A stretch of 64,000 bases of DNA. It comes from Nemertoderma westbladi (taxonomy: Eukaryota; Animalia; Xenacoelomorpha). Within the stretch, counting starts at the first letter, position 1. Every line of letters begins with the position of its first letter. Where the stretch lies: the NCBI GenBank assembly GCA_032718475.1, contig JAUCBJ010000005.1:2390-66389 (forward strand), written 5' to 3'. The translations under genes and the position numbers were made by a program. Below, one piece after another: positions 13,677-26,781 of the stretch. The notes beneath the pieces were generated by a model. That model did no database searches. It saw nothing but the letters and a program-made list of their open reading frames with translations, and was not told the DNA's origin.

Positions 13677-14424
13677 CTGTATCAAACCAAGTTTCTATAA
13701 GAATTTCATTGACCTTATGTTAGCTGAAGATTTTTAATGACTTTTCATTACACTTAGTACCCGATAGTCCACAGAAGTACTCTGGCAAGCTAAAATTCAT
13801 TCAGCTGGCCTGCCACCTAATATATAACAGTGATTAACCTTGTAGATATTCCCATGGGATTCACTGGGATGGGAAGAGCTAACAACTGGGGTAAATACAT
13901 TACAAACTAACAGTTGATATCTGCTTATTGTCTCGGATAGTGTGCCTGAGCAAACACAACCTTACTAAACTTGGTAAGTAATATACTTCTCTGCAGTTTG
14001 GGCCTATTCAATATTAGCATTCATTACTAGGCCCTCACTATCATTTTTTCATGAGCCCACCACCAGCGCTGGTGTTTCTATCATTGAGTCTATGGCAATT
14101 TTCGTGTTATGGGCAATTTTTCGAAATAAAAATAGTTGAGATATTTGAATTTAAACCGCGATTTCACAAGTACCCTTAGAAATCTATTTTCATGGTTCAT
14201 GCAAAATTTCATCAAAATCGTAGCTGGACCATTTTTGATCTAGGTAAGTTGTAGGTAGTAGTAGTCAGTAGTAAGTAGCTATTTATTCTTACAGTAATAA
14301 TCAAGTCTTACGACATGCTAACTATAGTTTAGTAGTTGTATTTAAATTCTATTTAAATTTATCTCCAACTTCAAAATACATTGTCTTGTGCTGTGAGTTC
14401 TACACGATAAACATATTTACAAAC

Positions 14425-14607
14425 CTTGTGAGTTCTACACCATTCATCTAACTCAGATAGATTGTAACGGATTTGCATTCCTTTACTCCAGCAACACATA
14501 TCCTTCCTTAACAACATGTTATTCATTGTGCAGCTGCATATCATGTAGAACAACTGCTTTACCGTTTGTTTGATAACATCAATGTCCAACGCATGGCGGT
14601 ACATAAT
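14425..14607 (-). CDS. MYO5: Myosin V, DIL domain exon
   Basis: [51 protein letters not shown]. Acceptor tttaatag; donor AAG|GTTTG; 61 codons. Confidence 0.93.
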
Positions 14608-15069
14608 CTATTAAACAAAATATTATACTCACAATAATAATAAAATGACTATTTTTACAGAAAATAAGTAGGCTTTTTAACCCGCGAAGTGTAAGCGAAG
14701 ATTCCGTTTCGTTTTCACCACCTCTAAACCACCGGTAGAGCGATTCTATTTATAACTGTACCGGTAGCGGAAGGCATTATGAAAATAAAACTGCAACACT
14801 TGAGATTAGAAAGATACTGTGGCCTACAACAACTGACATGCCTCTCCTCTCACAGACAGAGTGGTTTCTGAGAAAGAAAAGACATGACATTGTTAATCCT
14901 CTCGCACATAAATAAGTTCGTGTGTGGGGGTTGACAGTCGTACACGGTGAAGGATGGAGGATACCGCAGTGAAAAGTAAGAGAAGTAATAATCTGTAGTT
15001 TTTATATTTTTTTATATATATTTTTATATATTTATATTTTTTTATTTTATATTTTTTTATACAACTGCA

Positions 15070-15670
15070 ATAACATTAATTTCAACCCTAGAAAGTCGAA
15101 GGTTATTGTTCTACATAGCGGCTATAGGAAGTATTCTAGAATTTGTACACATTTTAGACTTGGTAGCAATGTATTAGAAGTAGTTACTAAATTTAAATAT
15201 TTAGGACATTTCATTACGTCGGATTTCTCCGACGATGTCGATATTAAAGCTCAGACAAGGTCATTGTACTCTCGTGCAAATATTATAATTCGTAAATTCA
15301 ATTACTGTTCTCATGCAGTTAAGGTTAGACTATTACGTAGCTATTGCTGCAATATTTATTGTAATGCTCTCTGGGCTGATACATACTACAGCCAGCGGGT
15401 TTTTAATAGTTTGAAAGTAGCCCTTACTAAATCAATAAAGAAACTATTTTGTATTCCTGGCGGTCCTGATTATAGTGCTAGTAAGATGCTAGTCAGCCTT
15501 TTTTTTTTTTTTTTTTGGAATCCCCTCTGTTGTTCATATACATCGCTTTGCCCTGCATAGCTTATTTTCGCGAGTATTCGAGTCGAATAACGAAGTTCTA
15601 TGTGCAATTCGATATTACTGCCTAGGCACTTCCGTTATTTATAAGTCATATCGCCGCCTACGAGCATAAT
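15070..15670 (+). mobile_element. 3' fragment of a non-LTR retrotransposon (RT C-terminal part)
   Basis: FKYLGHFITSDFSDDVDIKAQTRSLYSRANIIIRKF..KVRLLRSYC..LW. A related 3' end appears at ~45800-45960 on the minus strand. Confidence 0.75.
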
Positions 15671-16030
15671 CTACTTATATTTATAAGTGTTAGAATTATT
15701 TAATTAATTATTTATCTACGTATTTACTTACCAATATATAAAATTTGTGCTTTATAGTATTACTTAATTATATTTAGTGTGTTCCGGTAATCATAATATG
15801 TCCTATTCTTTATGGATGAAATAAAAGAGAATTATATTCTTTGAGTTCAAATGGATTGATTAACTGGTTGGAAACACAAAATAAAGTGGCTTTTTCTGAC
15901 CGCTAATTCTGAAAAGTTTTAATTTCTCAAAACACGACTCTGTATCATTCGAAAACTTGTGAAAGGCTGTAGAAAGGTAATGAGATTTAATAGCTCATAG
16001 TTTATTGTACAAACCCGATAATAAACCAAC

Positions 16031-17041
16031 CTGAAGGAAGGAAGTTAATTGTTTCACTATGGAGTCCACCGTATAGACGGGCTTGCCATCCACTGTGGAC
16101 TCCCGTCTCGAGCGGCCACTGACTGAGGCCCTGGGTCCACCGCCCACCGCCGCCCCAGTGATACCCTCGTGCTCCAACATCCCCGGCACTATCATCTGCT
16201 CCAACCGCTGTCTCATGGACCCGACCATATTCCCGTAGATCTGCACGCAAAGATCTTCAAACACAGTCTGAAACTCCGCCAGATCGAAGTTACGTAAACA
16301 ATGTTCGTTCTGCAGTTTAGTGTTCCATTTCGAATATTCTAGATCCCCGCTGTACTGCTTCAAACAATGTAGAAGTCTTAGACTGTTAGACAACCAAAGA
16401 CACGAGCATTCTATATCAGACGGCCGTTTCTTTAAGGCTTTCTTTATTCCTTGTAGAGAAGCGTAGAGTAATTTCTTCACTAATACGTCGTTGTTGACGT
16501 AATCGCAGTATCGGATACACATGAATATGATGTAAGCGGGTAGACTCGGCATTAACGTAACAGCCACTATGGGTTTCAGCTCGATAATTAGGTTCCTTAT
16601 CAACCTGGATTCGTCGCTCGGGTTGTAGGATAGCAGACCCATAAAGCCGTGGTCTTTCTGTTTACTAATGAGTAGATTACCTTCGGATACCCTGCGATTC
16701 GAATCGAGGGCGCCCGTCTGTTCCTCGATAAACGCGGCCGACTCGCGCCGTTTGAGCTGCGCTACGCTCTGCTTTACGCTGCGTCTTAGTCGTTTCATCT
16801 GCTTCTCCTGTGCGTCGACTAGGTTGCGTAGATCGATGTTCTCGCTGGCCAGTCTCGTTAACTCGTTCTGTATCCCCGCGTCGACGCGCTCGCGAGGAGA
16901 CAATCTCATCGATTCGGATAGGATTCGTTTCTGTCTGTCGTTGTCCTCTTGCACAGAGTCCAACCGTTGCGTCAGTTCTAGAATACTCATCTCGCTGTTT
17001 CGGCTTACTGCCTGTCTCTCTGCTTCCACCAGCCGACAAAC
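16031..17041 (-). CDS. MYO5: Myosin V, distal coil and start of globular tail
   Basis: VCRLVEAERQ..LPAYIIFMCIRYCDY..WLSNSLRLLHCLKQYSGD..CLRNFDLAEF..IVPGMLEHEGI. Acceptor ctctttag; donor CAG|GTTGG; phase 0. Confidence 0.93.
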
Positions 17042-17164
17042 CTAAAGAGTAAACCACAATATAAGAGAAGTAAAATAATTTAGAAATAATAAGAAGAAAT
17101 GAAGACAATGAGAAGAAATAAATTTTGGTAAGAGCTCCTCTTCTGCATAAAGTTATATTCAATA

Positions 17165-18770
17165 ATTCAATATTTTTACTCTCAATATTTTTACTCTCAA
17201 TATTTTTACACTAAATATTTTTACTCTCAATATTTTTACTCTCAATATTTTTACACTAAATATTTTTACTCTCAATATTTTTACTCTCAATATTTTTACA
17301 CTAAATATTTTTACTCTCAATATTTTTACTCTCAATATTTTTACTCTCAATATTTTTACACTCAGTATTTTTCAATCGCGATATTTTTACTCTCAATATT
17401 TTTTAACTTAGTATTTTTTAATCGCGATATTTTTACTCTCAATATTTTTTAACTTAGTATTTTTTAATCGCGATATTTTTACTCTCAATATTTTTACTCT
17501 CGATATTTTTACTCTCAATATTTCTACTCTCAATATTTTTACTCTCAATATTTTTTACTCTCAATATTTTTACTCTCAATATTTTTACTCTCAATATTTC
17601 TACTCTCAATATTTTTACTCTCAATATTTTTACTCTCAATACTTTTACTCTCAATATTTATTACTCTCAATATTTTTACTCTCAATATTTTTACTCTCCA
17701 TATTTTTACTCTCAATATTTTTACTCTCAATATTTTTTACTCTCAATATTTTTACCCTCAATATTTTTACTCTCAATATTTTTACACTCAATATTTTTAC
17801 TCTCAATATTTTTACACTCAATATTTTTACTCTCAATATTTTTACACTCAATATTTTTACTCTCAATATTTTTTACTCTCAATATTTTTACCCTCAATAT
17901 TTTTACTCTCAATATTTTTACTCTCAATATTTTTACTCTCGATATTTTTACTCTGAATATTTTTACTCTCAATATTTTTAAACTCAATATTTTTACTCTC
18001 CATATTTTTACTCTCAATATTTTTACTCTCAATATTTTTTACTCTCAATATTTTTACCCTCAATATTTTTACTCTCCATATTTTTACTCTCAATATTTTT
18101 ACTCTCAATAATTTTTACTCTCAATATTTTTACCCTCAATATTTCTACTCTCAATATTTTTACTCTCAATATTTTTTACTCTCAATATTTTTAAACTCAA
18201 TATTTTTACTCTGAATATTTTTACTCTGAATATTTTTACTCTGAATATTTTTACCCTCAATATTTTTACTCTCAATATTTTTACACTCAATATTTTTACT
18301 CTGAATATTTTCACCCTCAATATTTTTACCCTCAATATTTTTACACTCAATATTTTTACTCTGAATATTTTTACCCTCAATATTTTTACTCTCAATATTT
18401 TTACACTCAATATTTTTACTCTCAATATTTTTACACTCAATATTTTTACTCTGAATATTTTTAAACTCAATATTTTTACCCTCAATATTTTTACTCTCGA
18501 TATTTTTACTCTGAATATTTTTACTCTCAATATTTTTAAACTCAATATTTTTACTCTCAATATTTTTACTCTCAATATTTTTACTCTCAATATTTTTACT
18601 CTCAATATTTTTACTCTCAATATTTTTACTCTCGATATTTTTACTCTGAATATTTTTACTCTCAATATTTTTAAACTCAATATTTTTACTCTCAATATTT
18701 TTACTCTCAATATTTTTACTCTCGATATTTTTACTCTCGATATTTTTACCCGCGATATTTTACTCTAGAT
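17165..18770. repeat. 15-bp AT-rich satellite filling myosin V intron 17042-18848
   Basis: Unit aatatttttactctc, ~105 copies. Confidence 0.97.
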
Positions 18771-18848
18771 ATTTAATCTCGAAACGAATATTTAAATACT
18801 TCGATGTTGGGGCTTGTAAATAATTTTTTATAACACATTTCGTCTCAC

Positions 18849-20405
18849 CTCCTTCTGACTCTGATACGCCATAGCGAGATCTCCCTTCTCCTCAAGCTCC
18901 TCTATGTCCTTCAACAGGAAGTTAACATCCGTCATGGTCTCCTTGGAGGATCGCGGATGCTCCATCCTCGTGTTCGCGATAACCAGTTTCAGTTGCAGCA
19001 CCTCGTCCCGTCTCGCTCCCAACTCCTCCTGCATCGCCTCGTGTTGCTGCAGAATCTCAACCAACGGAATCCCCGTATCCCCCGTCGATTTCTCCTCCGC
19101 AATCGACTGACACAACTTATAGATATCGCTTTTCAGTTTGCTGTTCTCTTCAGTCAACTCCTGGAGTTTAAGATTCTCGAGAATGGCCAATGAATCCGAG
19201 GTTCGTTTGGTCGCCAACTGATCATCTTTCTCCTCAACCTCGTCTCGCAACCGACTCAACTCGGCCTCCTGCAGCTTCACCTTATTCTGATACTTCAGGA
19301 GGACCGAGAGATCGAGTTGGTCGTTGGACTCCCCGTCACCCTGAGACGACGGGAACGGCGGAGCTGCGCGTCTCGTCGGGGTCGTTACGAGGTGCTGCAT
19401 CTCGGCTAGGTTGTCGATCCGCTGTTCCAACGAGAAGGCCTCCTGCACCTTCGCCTGGTACTGCCCCCGCGCCTCGTCCAGATCCACCGAGATCTGACGT
19501 TCCCGAAACTCGCCAACCTTCATCACCTCCCGTCGCGCACTGCGCTCCTCATCAACCGCCATCTTCAACTCCGTAACTTTCTCTCTCATCCTATCAACCT
19601 CCTCCTCTGCCTCTTTAACCTTTAACTCTTTCTCGTTTTGCAACCGATCCAACGCAACCTTCAACTCTCCATTATGTTTCTCGGATTCTAAGTACATAGC
19701 TTTATAATTGTCCCTTTCAGCCATTAACGACTTTATTTCCTCACTGCGTAACTTTATTTCACCATCTCTCTCATGCACAACATCCTTTAACTGCCTCAAC
19801 TTATTAGCGGTGTCATTAAAACTCTTCTGACTGAAGTTAAATTCTTTAACTTGAACATCGAGTCGTTGTTGTAGAGTGATTATCTTCTGTTCAAGACCTT
19901 TGTTCAAACCTTTCAACTTATCCACCGATCTCGCCTCGATACGCAGCAACTTAAACTGCCGCTTCGCGAGAACCCGCCGCCGACAGCACTGCAGGTAGAC
20001 GATGAGTCGCAAGCTACGCGCGTAGCGCCGCCGCGCTAACCACCCGCGGACGATCCGTTGTATCGCGGTCGCCCGCGAGTCGAAGAGAACCCGTCGGTAC
20101 TCCCGTCGGCCGTTAACGCCCCGGACAAACGATTGGATCGCGATAGCCGCGGCCCGTTGTCGTAGATACCAGACGCGTCGCTCGTAGCAACGCCAGTACT
20201 TCTGCACGACGACGGCGGCCCGAATGCGACGGAGGTGCGCCACCTTGCGGCGAGCGAGTAAACCGCGTCCGTAGGTCTGCGCGATCAACACCGCCCGTTT
20301 CAGTTTAGTGTATCGCCGCATCTGCAACCATCCGCGCACCAACTTCTGCATAATCACGCAGGATTTACGGAGTTTATCAGACCGAAGTTTTTCGAGATAG
20401 GCCAC
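18849..20405 (-). CDS. MYO5: Myosin V, six IQ motifs plus coiled-coil exon
   Basis: VAYLEKLRSDKLR continues FFRAGQ. Six IQxxxRGxxxR-type repeats, then EARSV..LNKGLEQKIITLQ. Acceptor tttccag; donor GAG|GTGAG; 519 codons. Confidence 0.95.
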
Positions 20406-20484
20406 CTGGAAATAAACAAATAATCAATTATTATGCCGAAGGTTTAAATTAAAAATTAAAATTAAAAATAAAACTTTTAGGAGT

Positions 20485-21460
20485 TTAGTCCCAGAATAGA
20501 CCGATGGTATGTGTGGCAGCAGTTCCCATCACTGATGCCGCATTGCCGATCAGGATTGCCATCTCTAGGCGTTGTAGCAGAAACTGGTGCGTCCGCGGTT
20601 CGTGGGTGGCGTTATGGAGGCGATTGCCGATCTCCCGGAGGAAGGTGGATGTCTCTGACCCGGGGCGGCCAACGGTCTCAAAGGCCGCGTGGTGAAAGAA
20701 GTGGCCCCGGTCCATTAGGTCGCGATACTTTGTACTTTTAGTTTGCTCTGCCCCTTCTGTAGTGCGCCCCCCAGCGAGGATTATCTGTTGAATGTGGCTG
20801 TGGGCCAGCGGATCTACCACTGTGGCATCCCATGCTAGGGTTCGGCCCTGTGACCACGGGGTCATGGTGACGCCTTCCACCCTCCTCCCGTCACTCCGGA
20901 GACAGGGGGGAAACCGGACGCAAAACCCGCTTTGGCGAATTAATATCCCGCCTCAATGTTAAATTATCAATTTAGGGAAAGAAGCAGGTTACAGTGGCAC
21001 GTTATTTTAACCAAAACAATAAACTAAACACAATAGAACAGGTTACAGTTTTATTTTTGAGAGTAATCATGTTATTTGCGTCCAATTTCCCCTGGAGAGG
21101 GATGAATTTTTATTGCGTCCAGTTCCACACCCCCCCCCCCCCCCCTATCTGTCACTCCGACATAAACCTGGGGCTCTAGGATTGAAGGCACCCCACAACT
21201 AACCAGCGCCCCCCGAATGATGTTGTTTACCATCGCGTGGCGGGTGTGCCGGCCACCTGTGGGGTTCGACGTCCTTAAACCCCAGTCTTATAGCGATGGC
21301 GATGCGGAACTGCGAATCATTGAGGAAATGATTGAAATATGATGAAAAGGTAAATAAATAAAAAGTATAAATAAAGATGCCATCCGTCCGTGATGGCGGG
21401 CGAGGAGGGTAGTGATGCGACCTCGTAGAGGCCGTCAGAAAGGGCGGGGTCCATTGTCCT
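20485..21460 (-). mobile_element. CRE-like non-LTR retrotransposon 3' fragment (restriction-like endonuclease), interrupted by a MITE
   Basis: NDSQFRIAIAIRLG, then GVTMTPWSQGRTLAWDATVVD..KSTKY..AFETVG..QRLEMAILIGNAASVMGT. Confidence 0.75.
20905..21145 (-). mobile_element. Small non-autonomous element, monomeric form of the 54-bp array; relatives at ~34610-34820 and ~45470-45720
   Basis: caggttacagtggcacgttattttaaccaaaacaataaactaaa..caggttacagtt is the reverse complement of the array unit. Flanks match 6060-6160 and 7620-7700. Confidence 0.75.
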
Positions 21461-21544
21461 ACTAACACGCTATTGTATGTATTGTATGTTTGTGCTTTTG
21501 CCTATTAATTTCGCAGTTAAATTCTTGTAAATCTTCAGCCCATA

Positions 21545-23030
21545 CACTACTACTACTACTAGGATCGGCATGCTGCATTGCAGCTGCATTTTTAAAAATG
21601 CTGTGCCGGCTTGTCGACAAAATTGTGCCGCCACAACTCCCTATCACCCATGACATTTGCTAGATCATCCGCATCTTCAAGGCCAGTGTCCTTTAAGATG
21701 CGTCTCAAGAAAGTCATGGGCTGTCCACCATGCTTATTCACTACATGAGGCTGCCAAAGTACAAGATTATGCACTGGCTGGTCCTCACGGCGAAAGCAAT
21801 GTCCTGCAAAGCGGAGGCGATTTTGTTCTAGTGTCAAGCTTGGGGGAACCAATGAGACACCTCCAATGTTATATAGTGTCTGGTTGGAGATGTGTGCATT
21901 GTACTTGACACAATGAACCCGGCGTAGCATTCTTGTGAATGTGCCATGCAGAGATTTGGTGTTAGCCGTTAGCAGTCTCAGCGTCAGCGTTACCGGACTC
22001 AGCAGTTAGAGCCCAGCATGGACTCCCATAGAGGAGTACTGGAACTTCTGCTGCTCTAAATAATCGGACCTTAAGTTTCCGATTAATTCTCGGTGACTTC
22101 CAAATCCTGGAAAGCCTATTCAAGGCTGCCCATGCCTTTCCCTTACATATTCGAAGGTCCTCACCTGACTTCCGGATCCATGATCCCAGGTAACAGAAGT
22201 CATCCACATGCTCAAGCATACCATCCTTTGAGCTTATGCTCATCCGATCAGAGACTTGCTGAGGACTTTCAAAGTTAACTGTCAAAATTTTGGTCTTTCT
22301 GGAGTTAATAAAAAGACCAACACTAGAAGCAGCATGTTCTAATGAGCTGATGAGCCGTTGGGCTCCCTCTAGTGATTCTGAGAGTACTCCTAGTCATCAG
22401 CAAAGTCTAGATCAGTTAGGTACTTGGCAGGATTTCATAGACTTCTGGAGCCAGAAGGTGGAGTTATCATCACCCCATCACCATTAAGATGATCTAAGAA
22501 CATGCGTAGGACATATAGTCAACCACAATTATGAACAAGAATGGTGCAAGTGTGTCTCCCTGGGGGACGCCCCATAACACTTTTAAATGGTTCTGTGTCA
22601 CCATCAACAGTAGACACAAATGTTGTCGAACCATCGTATACTGATCTGATTGCTGCAATAATTTCATCAGGAATCCCATATAATGAAAGTATGCTGAACA
22701 TACGTGAGCGAGAGACTGAAACAAAGTCCTTGAAGAAGTCAACAAAGATAACAGCCAGATGCCTGTCTTTCTTTTTTGATAATTCTTCAATTATCCTTCT
22801 AAGTACCAAAATGGGCTCCATGGTCCCACGACCTTTACGGAACCCATTCTGATTTCCACGCAGCAATCTCTCAATGGGATCCCTGATGCGATTTAATAGA
22901 ATTCTATTGTATAGCTTTGCAGAAATCGAGATCAATGAGATTTCCCGAAAAGAACCATAGAGTGTTAGGTTGCCCTTCTTGGGAACTGGCACCAACTTAT
23001 TTGTTTTCATTTCTTGTGGGACTCATGTTG
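21545..23030 (-). mobile_element. Degenerate RTE-like LINE with (TAG)n tail
   Basis: PVPKKGNL..ISLISISAKLYN..QNGFRKGRGT..GVPQGDTLAPFLF..FCYLGS..VLLYGSPCW..RLRFAGHCFR across frameshifts; tagtagtag tail at 21545-21562. Confidence 0.88.
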
Positions 23031-23946
23031 TTTGGTACATATCTGGGAGTACAGACTCAGACACTTTTACTTGAATCAACCACACTGAATTTATATTGTG
23101 TGTTGTTTTCGCAATTTTTTTTAAGGCCGCGTTCCGAGTCAATGTCAAAGACAAAATGTAAAACACATGAAATTTAATTTTTTTCTAGAATATATTACAT
23201 AATGTATTATTATTTATTATTGCTAGCTATACTTATTTCCTTTTGTCTTTGACTTTGACTCGGTAGTGTGAACGCGGCCTAACATTGAAAACAAACAGGT
23301 AATCTTTTCCCGCAAACAAAATTTTTCTCGCTAAAAATTCTAGAACAAATATAATATAATAAAAAAATATAACTATTTACACCATTATGTGAAAATAGCA
23401 CTTTACAGCGTTTATGGCACCACCTGTATATTTATGTAAATCTTCCTCGTTGCGCTCGCTCGGTACATAAATACACTCGGGTCAGAACGATGAAAAGTGT
23501 TACTTTACGCACAAAGATGTCAATAGTTATATATATTTTCAGTTCATCATCAGAAATTCTCGCCAAAGTGGCTTGGCTTTAATTATATTGAACATGAACA
23601 TAATACTCAAAATCAATTTCTATATCGGAATTTAAAATATAATATCACGCAAAAGTTAGAATATTCCAAAAGAGAGATCAGAAAGAACAAAAAAATTTTT
23701 AAAATGTAAAGATTTTTGTCGTTGTATCGGACATCTGAAAATGTTCAGCATTGATTGCAGTTAATAACAGTTAAATCAATCACACAGTGGTAGCTCAACA
23801 ATGTAGTGTGTGGATAAATACGGACAAGTACATTAGGGTTGAGCACAGATGCATCAGATGATGGTATTGACAGATGGGAGACCATGGGGACGTAAATTGC
23901 GGACATACAAGGTATCAGATAGTATTTTCAGGTCCACCTTTTACCT

Positions 23947-24025
23947 GAGCCGCTAGCTGAATGGTTAGAGCGTCAGACTTCCAACCCGGAGGTCACCAGT
24001 TCGATCCCACCTGGACGTCATTGCC
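23947..24025 (+). mobile_element. tRNA-derived SINE head or tRNA-like segment; second copy at ~35750-35840 (minus)
   Basis: A box TAGCTGAATGG and B box GTTCGATCC. The anticodon stem does not pair well, so it is not called a tRNA. Confidence 0.65.
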
Positions 24026-24269
24026 GATATGTTCCAAAATAAGCTTGGTATTTCCTTAAACAATATTATTGGTCTGAATAACATTTATTTATCAATAATA
24101 TATTAGTATTTTTCTACAACATTTATGTAAAAAAGTAGAAAATACTAGCTATTCACAAAATAAATATTTTATTGAATGGGATAATCTTTATATTATTATA
24201 GATACGCTCCGAAAGGAGTAAAATAATGACACATGGGGATTAGCATTAAAATTAATACAGGAGCAATAA

Positions 24270-24410
24270 ATAAAATACAGTAAAATAAATACAGTAAAAT
24301 AACTAAATAAAATACAGTAAAATAACTAAATAAAATACAGTAAAATAACTAAATAAAATACAGTAAAATAACTAAATAAAATACAGTAAAATAACTAAAT
24401 AAAATATTAA
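24270..24410. repeat. 23-bp minisatellite
   Basis: aaataaaatacagtaaaataact, ~5 copies. Confidence 0.9.
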
Positions 24411-24452
24411 CTACAAAAATACGTTTTATGGTTCTAAAAATAAATTTATTAA

Positions 24453-26090
24453 TTAATTGAGCTTGTTTAGCTCCGCTAAAGTGGGACAGGGCAGGAGGCA
24501 TTGTAGTGCGTGAAAAAGTGACCCACAAGAGGCGCCGTAGAACCTACATACACATGTAGGTGATGGCTGATGGAACTTCTTGGCGCTAAGGCATAGTTTG
24601 TGGTGGAACCCGTGAGCTGTCATGTGGGTAATTAAGTGCCTGTTCTTTTGGCCTGAACGCTTCCATGTCGAGGTGTTAAAGGCGGGACCCAGAATGAATT
24701 GCCGCGCATCGAAACTGGCTTCTCGTTCAACACGGAAAGCTCGGTAGTTAGCTAACACATCGTTGTTGAAGACTGAGTTGTTTTTCGACACAATGTCTTC
24801 AACAAGTGACTTTTCATCAAGAAGATGGAGAGCTAGAGTTGAAGAAGCCGATGTATGTAGCGATAACATGCGTTTGATATGTGCTGTCTTTATTTTGTCT
24901 AAATCTTTTAGGTGTTGCAATTTGAGGTGATGGCCAATAGCATCAATTGCATATGTAGCATTCATTTTTGATTCATTTTTTCCCTGATGTGCAAGATGAA
25001 GCTCAGGGAAGGTTGCAAGTTAACACCCAGATACTCATATTTGTTTGCTATGGTAACCAGTTTGCCACCATAATAAAATTTATCACAGAGACATAGACGT
25101 CCACCTTTTCTAAACTTTACTATCTTGGTTTTAGTGAGATTGACATCCATCCCATTAGCGATGCACCAAATTTGAAGCACGTTGAGAACGCGTTGGATGT
25201 CTTCGCGGTTGTTTGAGTAAAACACCAGATCATCAGCGTAAAATATGAACTTGATGAAAGCGGCTGCCGTTCGAATTGCTTCAGCGAGGTCGGCAATGTA
25301 AATGATGAAGCACATTGGTGATAGTGAGTCACCCTGAAGAACACCGCGTAGTTGGCAAATCAGATTTGTGACCTTAATGCCGTCGTAAACCCGGAAATAG
25401 TTTGAAGTCAGAGCTCTAATTATGTTAAAAAGTTTGCCTTTGACGCCGCTTTTGTGTAGTTTTGACAATAGCACTGTACAACTGATCGAATCAAACGCCT
25501 TTCGTGAGTCCACAAAGACAGCATATGTGTGGCGAGATTCTGAACTAGGTGAGTTTAGCGAGGAAGCGATGTCGGAAAGGAGTAGCTTGATTGCACCGAT
25601 AGGTTACCTCCCGGAGGTAAAACCGTATTGTTCAGGGGGGATTACCGAGGGATCAATGTTCCGCCGAATTCTCAAGTTTATTATGGCAGTAGAAATCTTT
25701 AGGAATACACTTAACAATGCAATGCCTCTGTAATTGTCGGGACTGGAGATTGCACCTTTCCCTTTGTAGAGTATGATGAGGAGACTCTCCAACCATCTAA
25801 ATGGAAGGTTGCCTAGATTGAGACACGTGTTATATAAGATAACCATGAATACGAGAACAAACGGTGCCGCTTGTTTCAGATGTTCATAATAGATCTGATC
25901 TGGATCACTGGCTTTATTGTTAGAAGAGTTGGTTAATACCCTCTGAATCTCCATTTCTGAGATCGGGTCGTTAAACCACTCCGACTCTTCCAGTTCGGAG
26001 CTGGTAGTTATTGGGATGGGAGGAGCGTTCGGTGGCTCATTGCTCATTCCAAGAACAGAGCGGGATGATGAATGGAAGAATGTTTTAGGC
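24453..26090 (-). mobile_element. 5'-truncated LINE (Jockey/CR1-group RT), frameshifted
   Basis: YKGKG..NYRGIALLSV..EQYGF..DSRKAFDSI..GVLQGDSLSP..FYADDLV..YEYLGV. Confidence 0.88.
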
Positions 26091-26097
26091 TCGTTAA

Positions 26098-26781
26098 GCT
26101 AAGGAATGTCTGTTCACCACCATTGGTGATCTTCCACAGTAAACCCTTCCACTCTGTTTCCTAAAGGGATGCCTGTTCACCACCATGGGTGATCTTCCAC
26201 AGTAAACCCTTCCACTCTGCTGTTTCCTAAAGGAATGCCTGTTCACCACCATGGGTGATCTTCCACAGTAAACCCTTCGACTCTGTTTCCTAAAGGAATG
26301 CCTGTCCACCACCATGGGTGATCTTCCACAGTAAACCCTTCCACTCTGCTGTTTCCTAAAGGAATGCCTGTTCACCACCATGGGTGATCTACCACTGTAA
26401 ACCCTTCCACTCTGTTTCCCAAAGGAATGCCTGTTCACCACCATGGGTGATCTTCCTCAGTAAACCCTTCCACTCTGTTTCCTAAAGGAATGCCTGTCCA
26501 CCACCATGGGTGATCTTCCACAGTAAACCCTTCCACTCTGTTTCCTAAAGGAATGCCTGTTCACCACCATGAGTGATCTTCCACAGTAAACCCTTCCACT
26601 CTGTTTCCCAAAGGAATGCCTGTTCACCACCATGGGTGATCTTCCTCAGTAAACCCTTCCACTCTGTTTCCTAAAGGAATGCCTGTCCACCACCATGAGT
26701 GATCTTCCACAGTAAACCCTTTCACTCTGTTTCCTAAAGGAATGCATGTTCACCACCATGAGTGATCTTCCACTTCCACAG
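26098..26781. repeat. 59-62 bp tandem array (~11 copies), continuing after the hAT insertion to ~28300
   Basis: Unit ccacagtaaacccttccactctgtttcctaaaggaatgcctgttcaccaccatgggtgatctt. Confidence 0.93.

Noticed and set aside
17159-18710. RVKIL/ESKNI repeat ORFs
   Set aside because: 15-bp satellite within an intron, with frequent frameshifts.
23947-24025. Possible tRNA gene (also 2010-2075 and 55040-55105)
   Set aside because: A/B boxes are present but the acceptor and anticodon stems do not pair, and the segments are embedded in repeated elements.
26094-26781. CRISPR-like appearance of the regularly spaced repeats here and at 6.1, 28.5 and 52.4 kb
   Set aside because: Units are head-to-tail with no unique spacers, there are no cas genes, and the context is eukaryotic.
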